DNA of 64,000 nucleotides from Candidatus Woesearchaeota archaeon (GTDB lineage Archaea; Nanobdellota; Nanobdellia; Woesearchaeales; UBA583): NCBI GenBank assembly GCA_047602745.1, contig JBLKOJ010000001.1, positions 7,585 to 71,584 of the forward strand, read 5' to 3'. Shown piece by piece: positions 57,721 to 64,000 of this stretch (position 1 is its first letter; each line of letters starts with the position of its first letter). The notes under the pieces were generated by a model. It saw only the letters and a program-made list of their open reading frames with translations, ran no database searches and was not told where the DNA came from. The position numbers and the translations under genes were made by a program.

Positions 57721-58635
57721 ATGTATCATTCAATAAATTATTCTCAAAAATATCCAGGTCTTGAAAAAGTTTTACAAGTTTTAACTCAAAGAAGAGATGA
57801 CTTGCAACATTTGAGTTACTCCCCTAATTTTACTTACCAACAAATTCAAGCTCTAAAGGAGGGTGTGTTAAGAGCACACGATGATGAGCCCAGAAAAAAA
57901 GGAGGTTATTATATTAATGAACATATTGTTCCTATAGCTGAGAAATCAATACAATTAGGAGTAATTCCTGCGGTAACTGGAGGAATATTACTACATGATA
58001 CTATTGAAGATACTGATAAAGATGCATATATTCTTAAGACTCCTACTTTGGGTGAGAGAAATTTAGGAATTTTAAGGGAATCATTAATAAGAGCTAATTT
58101 TCCTAAATCGGATAGAAGGCTAATAGTTGCATTATGTGGAATTTTAACAAAGTTATCAAATGAAAAGATTCAAACATTATACGGTTATAATCTTAATGAA
58201 TTTGAGCTTACGGAGTTGAGATTTAATTCAAAAATAGAACGAGCATTAGGTTCAAATGATTGGAGAGATGACTCATTTTTTAACAAAAGAGTTAGAGAAA
58301 GTCATCGATTTGGGGCACAAATTTGTGCACTCTTAGATATAGATAATAATTTTGATCCCGATGAGGAGATAGATAGATCTAATTATGATGAAGAAGTAGT
58401 TAGAAGATTTTATGAAAATAAACCTAGGAATTTAGCAAGGGCTTTAGTCTGGGGAAAAAAACTTGATAGTTCTATAAGAGAATTATCATCAAGAGATGAT
58501 TGTATAATAAATATGGAGGACTTTAATAAATTTATTGATAATCATTACATTATAAAACTAGAAAAAGGTTTAGAACGCATGTTTAAAATTACAAATTCTA
58601 TTCCTCGAGATGTATTAAGATATTGGAATTTATAA
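57721..58635 (+). CDS. Rel/SpoT-type HD-domain protein (putative (p)ppGpp hydrolase, HD_4 family)
   Basis: VTGGILLHDTIEDTD matches the conserved (A)AxLHDVVEDT motif of the RelA/SpoT hydrolase domain. An upstream H is present in EHIVPIAEKS. Confidence 0.5.
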   Translation: MYHSINYSQKYPGLEKVLQVLTQRRDDLQHLSYSPNFTYQQIQALKEGVLRAHDDEPRKKGGYYINEHIVPIAEKSIQLGVIPAVTGGILLHDTIEDTDKDAYILKTPTLGERNLGILRESLIRANFPKSDRRLIVALCGILTKLSNEKIQTLYGYNLNEFELTELRFNSKIERALGSNDWRDDSFFNKRVRESHRFGAQICALLDIDNNFDPDEEIDRSNYDEEVVRRFYENKPRNLARALVWGKKLDSSIRELSSRDDCIINMEDFNKFIDNHYIIKLEKGLERMFKITNSIPRDVLRYWNL

Positions 58636-58814
58636 TAAAAATTTAGTTATCTAAGAAAATTGTTAAAATATAAATATTAACCTCAAAGTTTTTATAGAAA
58701 ACCTAGTATGATGTGTATAACTTAGTTATTATGTTGTTAGAGTAAATGAAGTTTTTTAGAATTTTTTATATAAAAATAGAAAGGTTGATTTTTCAATTTT
58801 TGAAAAAAGAAATT

Positions 58815-61250
58815 TTATTCTTCTACTTCTTCTTCATTAGCAATCTTCTCCACTCTTTGTACTAAATCTCCTTGGGCTAAATTTACTACTTTTACACCTT
58901 TGGTATTTCTTCCAATAATTGAAACATCACTTACATGAGTTCTAATAATTTTTCCTAATTTTGTCATCAATAGAACTTCATCATCTTCTCTTACTGCTTT
59001 TAATGTAACCACATCTCCATTTCTCTCATCTGCTTTAATATCAATTACTCCTCTTCCTGCTCTTTTAATTGTTGGATATTCACTAATTAATGTTCTTTTA
59101 CCATATCCATTCTCACACACAGTAAGAAGAGTAGTTCCAGCTTGTGCAAGTTCCATTCCTACAACTATTTCATCATTTCGTAAATTCATTGCTTTAACTC
59201 CTCTTGCAGTTCTTCCAAGCACAGACAAGTCATCTTGTTTGAACCGAATTGCTAGTCCCACATTACTTTCAATAATTACATCTTCATGTCCTTGAGAGTA
59301 CATAACTGCAAGAACACTATCTCCTTCATCAAGTCCAATAGCTCGAATTCCTCCGGCTCTTGGTTTTGAGAAATTAGCAACTTCTGTTTTTTTGATAATT
59401 CCTTTTTTAGTTAAGAAAATTAAATATCCCTTATTTAAGTTAGTAATATTAATCACATTAGATATTTTTCTACCTCTTAAATCAATGTAATTAACAATAG
59501 GCCTTCCTTTAGAAACTCCAGTTGCTGTTGGAACTTCATACGCTTTCATCCAATTCACAACACCATCACTTGTAAAAATTAACAACGTATCTTTGGAGTT
59601 AGATACAAATAAGTCACGAACAGTATCTTCTGCTTTAATGTGTGCATTATTTCCTTTTCCACCTCTTTTTTGAGATCTATATGAATCAAGCGGAACTTTT
59701 TTGATGTAATCATTTTGCGTAATCATTACCACAAAGTCTTCATCTTGAATTAAATCTTCAATATTCATATCACCCGTATCTGAAATGAGTTTAGTTTTTC
59801 TCTCATCTCCAAATTTCTCCATAATCTCAGTACTTTCCTGCTTAATAATTTCATATTGTCTAATATCTCGAGCTAAAATATCTTCTAAATCCTTAATCAT
59901 TTCAAGTGTTTGATTATATTCGTCTCGAATTTTATCCATTTCAAGACCAGTTAATTTTTGAAGCCTCATATCTAAAATTGCTTGTGCTTGAATCTCACTA
60001 AATCCAAATGTACTAACAAGTCCTTCTTTTGCTTCAGGCCCTGATTTTGAACCTTTAATTAACGCAATTACTCTATCAATATTATCAAGAGCTTTTGTAA
60101 GTCCTTCTAAAATGTGTAATCTTTCTTGTGCTTTTTTCAAATCAAACTCAGTTCGTTTAATAATAACATCTTTTCTAAACGCAATAAAATGTCTTAAATA
60201 TGAACCTAAATTCATCACTTGCGGAACCCCATCAACAATTGCAAGCATTTTAGTGTTAAAGTTGGTTTGTAGAGTTGTAAATTTATAGAGCTGATTTAAA
60301 ATTACATTAGGATCAGCTTCTCTTTTAATTTCAATAACTACTCTTACACCTCTTTTATTACTCTCGTCACGAATATCAGAAATATCTTTTAATTTTCCAG
60401 TTTTAACCAAATCAACAATATTATTAATTAAGTTCAACTTGTTTACTTGATACGGAATTTCTTCAATAATAATAGCACTTTTACCTCTTTCTTTTTCTTC
60501 AATAGAACATACTGCTTTTTGTGTGATTGCACCTTCTCCAGTTGTAAGGTAATCATAAATTCCTTTATTTTTTATAATAGTAGCTCCTGTTGGAAAGTCA
60601 GGTCCTTTTACAAATCCTTGTCTTACTAATTCTTCTGTTGATACTTCTGGATTGTCAATAATATAAATTAATGCTTCTGTTAATTCACGTAAATTGTGAG
60701 GAGGAATATTGGTTGCCATACCTACTGCAATTCCTGATGAACCATTAAGAAGTAAGTTAGGAAATTTAGCAGGAAGAACAGCTGGTTCTTGAAGCGTGTC
60801 ATCAAAATTATTTTTCCAAGCAACCGTTTCTTTATCAATATCTTCTAAAAATTTTTCTGAGAGTTTAGACATTCTCGCTTCTGTATAACGCATAGCAGCA
60901 GGATTATCTCCATCCACACTTCCAAAATTTCCTTGCCCATCAACAAGTAAATATCTTACAGACCAATATTGAGCAAGTCTTACCATTGCATCATAAATAG
61001 AACTATCTCCGTGCGGGTGATATTTACCCATTACTTCTCCGACAATTCTTGCAGATTTTTTATACGCTTTATTAGAATAATTTCCAAGTTCCTTCATTGA
61101 ATAAATAATTCTTCTATGAACTGGTTTAAGACCATCTTTTGCTTCAGGAAGAGCACGACCAACAATAACACTCATTGCATATGAAAGATATGCTTTTTTC
61201 ATCTCATCTTCAATAAAAACGTCTTTAGTTCTCAAATTACTTTTATTCAT
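58815..61250 (-). CDS. gyrA: DNA gyrase subunit A
   Basis: [29 protein letters not shown], active-site region [10 protein letters not shown], GyrA-box-like C-terminal beta-pinwheel repeats and an acidic tail. 811 aa. Confidence 0.92.
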   Translation of the reverse strand: MNKSNLRTKDVFIEDEMKKAYLSYAMSVIVGRALPEAKDGLKPVHRRIIYSMKELGNYSNKAYKKSARIVGEVMGKYHPHGDSSIYDAMVRLAQYWSVRYLLVDGQGNFGSVDGDNPAAMRYTEARMSKLSEKFLEDIDKETVAWKNNFDDTLQEPAVLPAKFPNLLLNGSSGIAVGMATNIPPHNLRELTEALIYIIDNPEVSTEELVRQGFVKGPDFPTGATIIKNKGIYDYLTTGEGAITQKAVCSIEEKERGKSAIIIEEIPYQVNKLNLINNIVDLVKTGKLKDISDIRDESNKRGVRVVIEIKREADPNVILNQLYKFTTLQTNFNTKMLAIVDGVPQVMNLGSYLRHFIAFRKDVIIKRTEFDLKKAQERLHILEGLTKALDNIDRVIALIKGSKSGPEAKEGLVSTFGFSEIQAQAILDMRLQKLTGLEMDKIRDEYNQTLEMIKDLEDILARDIRQYEIIKQESTEIMEKFGDERKTKLISDTGDMNIEDLIQDEDFVVMITQNDYIKKVPLDSYRSQKRGGKGNNAHIKAEDTVRDLFVSNSKDTLLIFTSDGVVNWMKAYEVPTATGVSKGRPIVNYIDLRGRKISNVINITNLNKGYLIFLTKKGIIKKTEVANFSKPRAGGIRAIGLDEGDSVLAVMYSQGHEDVIIESNVGLAIRFKQDDLSVLGRTARGVKAMNLRNDEIVVGMELAQAGTTLLTVCENGYGKRTLISEYPTIKRAGRGVIDIKADERNGDVVTLKAVREDDEVLLMTKLGKIIRTHVSDVSIIGRNTKGVKVVNLAQGDLVQRVEKIANEEEVEE

Positions 61251-61365
61251 ACTAAATTAAATCTTTTAGCATTGTTAAGATTTTTGTTACTACTTCTATT
61301 TAAGTTTTAAAACATTATCAAAATATTTATAAGGAGATATTTATAAGTATATTTATTAAAGATAT

Positions 61366-61440
61366 GTCTACGTTGGTGTAACCTGGTTAGCACAGAAGGT
61401 TGTGGTCCTTCTAGTACGGGTTCAAATCCCGTGCGTGGAC
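61366..61440 (+). tRNA. tRNA-His (anticodon GUG) with a genomically encoded G-1
   Basis: Manual fold: G-1:C73 pair, 7-bp acceptor (TCTACGT/GCGTGGA), D-stem GTGT/GCAC, anticodon stem GAAGG/CCTTC with loop TTGTGGT (GTG), T-arm ACGGG-TTCAAAT-CCCGT. No encoded CCA. Confidence 0.8.
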
Positions 61441-61562
61441 CTTTAATAGGGTTTAGCTGGGAATTGAACTTTAGTTCCAATCAACTTTGTTGTTGCAAAA
61501 GAACGAACAATTAATTGTGAGTGTCTCTTGCTTTGGTGCAAAAAATGTTTCATTTTTCCGCA

Positions 61563-61581
61563 CAAATCCCATGCGTGGACC
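61563..61581 (+). repeat. Partial direct duplicate of the tRNA-His 3' end (CAAATCCCATGCGTGGACC, 18/19 identical to 61423..61441)
   Basis: Both copies are followed by TTT. The upstream sequence does not fold into a tRNA. Confidence 0.6.
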
Positions 61582-61631
61582 TTTTTTTAATATAATAGTT
61601 TAATTAGTTATTCTATTCATCATACTTAATT

Positions 61632-61714
61632 GCCAAGATCGCATAACCAGGTATTGCGCCACCCTGGAAAGGTGGTCCCTTACGGGATTGTGGGTTCAAA
61701 TCCCACTCTTGGCG
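61632..61714 (+). tRNA. tRNA-Ser (anticodon GGA)
   Basis: Manual fold: acceptor GCCAAGA/TCTTGGC, 3-bp D-stem, anticodon stem CCACC/GGTGG with loop CTGGAAA (GGA), long variable arm (TCCC-TTAC-GGGA), T-arm GTGGG-TTCAAAT-CCCAC, discriminator G. Confidence 0.85.
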
Positions 61715-61844
61715 TTTTTCGTTTCACTCAAAACTTAAGATTGTAATTTTCACCATTATGTGGTCACTCATTCTTCGTTCGCACATCCGAAAATCATAGA
61801 TTTTGAGATTTTATTTACCAAATTCTAGTTTATATTTTTGAAAT

Positions 61845-62579
61845 TTAGATTAAATTAAATCTTCTCATAATAGATAAATATGCTTGATGTCTTATACCTA
61901 AATCTAGGTTTTCAACCTCTTTTGGTTCAACCCATCTTAATTTTGATTCATCTTCTTTTGTCCAAGTATGAGATTCTTCTAAAGTTAACTCAATTTTAAA
62001 ATTATTTATTACTTTTTCTATGTTTTCAAATTTATACTCAGTAAACAAAACTTCTTGATTTAAATTTCCAAAAGTTTTAATTAATTTTTCGTTTAATTTC
62101 TCTTTTAATAATTTTGTATTGTTAATATCAGCAGGTTTAATCATTTGTAGTATTTGAACATACTCTGTTTCATAATATGCATCAAGAATTATTATTAATG
62201 AATTTTTCTTTATTATTTTTTTTAAATTATCAATGATTTTATTTATGTGTTTTTGATAATGTAGGCCAGTCCATGAAAAAATAACGACATCAAATTTTTC
62301 TTTATACTTAAATTCTTTTATATTTGCTGTATTAAAAGAAATATTATAAGCTTTTATCTTGTTTTTACAAAAATTAATATATTTTTCTTCAACATCAATT
62401 CCTACTACTTTATCAAAATCTTTTGCTAATTTTTTAGTTATTCTACCTGTACCACACCCTACTTCTAAAATATTTAGTTGACTGCTTAAAAAAGTATTAT
62501 CTATCACTTCTTTGACTTTATTATATTCTTTATCCTCAAAATCATAATATTTACAATACCAATCATCTAACTTATTCAT
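61845..62579 (-). CDS. Class I SAM-dependent methyltransferase
   Basis: LEVGCGTGRIT (motif I), VGIDVEE (motif II acidic). 244 aa. Confidence 0.7.
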   Translation of the reverse strand: MNKLDDWYCKYYDFEDKEYNKVKEVIDNTFLSSQLNILEVGCGTGRITKKLAKDFDKVVGIDVEEKYINFCKNKIKAYNISFNTANIKEFKYKEKFDVVIFSWTGLHYQKHINKIIDNLKKIIKKNSLIIILDAYYETEYVQILQMIKPADINNTKLLKEKLNEKLIKTFGNLNQEVLFTEYKFENIEKVINNFKIELTLEESHTWTKEDESKLRWVEPKEVENLDLGIRHQAYLSIMRRFNLI

Positions 62580-62722
62580 TAACCAATTATCTATTAAATC
62601 ATCTATTTCATTTTTGAAATTATCTTCAGGATATATATTTACTAATGTATTATAAAGATCAAGTTTATTTTTAGAAAATAATGATTCTGTGTAATTTTCA
62701 ATTAAAGAATTTGAAAGATTCT

Positions 62723-62929
62723 TTATAAATTTAATAAATGAGTATTTATATAATATTTATCTTTTTCTTTCAAAATAATTCCCTCTTTAAATAATTCTTG
62801 AATAATTTTAAAGGCATTCTTATAATTTATGTTAGTTTCTTTAGAAATAAGTTTTACTGATTTATTAGAGTTATTTGCTAGATATAGAATGATTTTTGTT
62901 TTATTTTCAGAGCCTAATAATCTATACAT
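62723..62929 (-). CDS. Small winged-helix DNA-binding protein (ArsR-like, 68 aa)
   Basis: KTKIILYLANNSNKSVKLISKETNINYKNAFKIIQELFKEGIILK pattern. Confidence 0.4.
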   Translation of the reverse strand: MYRLLGSENKTKIILYLANNSNKSVKLISKETNINYKNAFKIIQELFKEGIILKEKDKYYINTHLLNL

Positions 62930-63057
62930 AATAAATATAGATATTTAGTAATATATAAATTTATTTTAAATACATTAACATAATTCATTATTTATAATCT
63001 TAACAAAGTTTTTTAAATTGTAAACTTAAAAGTTTATATTGAGAAACTAATACAAAA

Positions 63058-63831
63058 ATGAATAATATATTAAAATTTTTAGGAAGTGGATGTTGGCAAG
63101 GAATTCCTTCTCAATTTCGTGATGATGAGATTAGTAAAAATGTAGAGTGGAATAGTAAAGATTTTAGATTTAGAACATCTCTTCTTATCGAAACTAAAAA
63201 TAAAAAAACGATAGTAGTTGAAATAACTCCTGATATTAGAATGCAGGCATGGAAATTTAAACTTAAAGTCCCAGATGCATTTTTAGTATCTCATTGGCAT
63301 TGGGATCATTTTTTTGGAGTTAAAGATCTTGACTGGTTCTTTGAAAAGTATAATCCTAAAGTATATGGAAACAAAGTAACTAAACAATGGTATGATAGTG
63401 ATATGGGTTATATTCCTTTGAATTTTGAAGTTTTTGAATCATACAAACCATTTGTTATAGATAATATTAAAATTACACCTTTTGAGGTTGAGCATGTGAA
63501 AGATACTCATGGTTTTATTTTTGAAGACTTAGAGACTCAAAATAAAATCGCTTATTTAGCAGATTTATGTGGAATGCCTAAGAAATCTTTTGAAATGATA
63601 AAAGATATTGATACAATTATTATGGATAGTACATTTTCAATTGGTGAAGGAATTGATGGGGATGATACACATTTTTGGGAAGAAGGATTTAACAAATTTG
63701 TAAATAGTTTAAACTCAAAAAATATAATTTTAACTCACATTAGTTCTCATCATGGATTAAATCATGTTGAATTAGAAAAAAGATTTTCAAAGTTTACAAT
63801 TTCATATGATGGGATGGAGGTTAAATTTTAA
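63058..63831 (+). CDS. MBL-fold metallo-hydrolase (PhnP/RNase-Z-like)
   Basis: FLVSHWHWDH (HxHxDH) motif and a later H/D. 257 aa. Confidence 0.65.
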   Translation: MNNILKFLGSGCWQGIPSQFRDDEISKNVEWNSKDFRFRTSLLIETKNKKTIVVEITPDIRMQAWKFKLKVPDAFLVSHWHWDHFFGVKDLDWFFEKYNPKVYGNKVTKQWYDSDMGYIPLNFEVFESYKPFVIDNIKITPFEVEHVKDTHGFIFEDLETQNKIAYLADLCGMPKKSFEMIKDIDTIIMDSTFSIGEGIDGDDTHFWEEGFNKFVNSLNSKNIILTHISSHHGLNHVELEKRFSKFTISYDGMEVKF

Positions 63832-64000
63832 TATATGTGTAGATTAAAATTTTATTTCAATCCACCTCTTAATGCAATGATAGTGCATACCTGAGAAATT
63901 GTTAAATGTGTTGTATCTATGATAATATCAAAATGAATATCATCACTATAATTTTCAATGTTATAATATTCTTGATATCTTTTTCTATTACCTTGTTCTC

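Noticed and set aside
61490-61584. A second full tRNA, or a split or intron-containing tRNA-His
   Set aside because: Only the last ~19 nt match the tRNA. The upstream sequence cannot form acceptor, D, anticodon or T stems.
1-64000. rRNA genes or large structured RNAs
   Set aside because: No GC-rich conserved rRNA-like stretches. All GC-richer segments correspond to coding genes or the two tRNAs.

Overview
This is a very AT-rich (roughly 28-30% GC by eye) window from an archaeal chromosome, probably a small-genome DPANN-type archaeon. The diagnostic archaeal genes are family-B DNA polymerase, GatE, class-I LysRS, archaeal-type GlyRS and ProRS, L37ae, RpoP, Pcc1, Sec61-beta and NAC-alpha. They sit alongside bacterial-like DNA gyrase (gyrB and gyrA, 31 kb apart), HtpX, an S2P protease and LemA. 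Coding density is high on both strands. Housekeeping blocks: 2-oxoacid:ferredoxin oxidoreductase alpha/beta, GlmS, three aminoacyl-tRNA synthetases, tRNA-His(GUG) and tRNA-Ser(GGA). Accessory or unusual content: (i) a DpnII/MboI-like GATC restriction-modification cluster with two methyltransferases at 3.5-7.4 kb, co-directional with a macro-domain protein and three unknown proteins; (ii) a short array of 31-bp direct repeats at 7.9-9.5 kb framing small cassettes; (iii) three type II toxin-antitoxin modules, two of which are RelE/ParE paralogs that share an in-frame TAA at the homologous codon; (iv) an operon of two large membrane-anchored cysteine-rich proteins (34.1-38.0 kb), one carrying a glycine-zipper-like segment; (v) immediately upstream of that operon, a ~1.95-kb gene-poor AT-rich segment (38.16-40.12 kb) bounded by ORB-like inverted repeats and containing TTAGACAA iteron-like repeats, an (AAATCT)n microsatellite and a strongly G-depleted pyrimidine tract, which is a candidate replication origin or integrated replicon remnant; (vi) a frameshifted 2-Cys peroxiredoxin; (vii) an Mtq2/HemK-like methyltransferase fused to a Bud32-like (pseudo)kinase domain. 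No CRISPR array or rRNA gene was seen.
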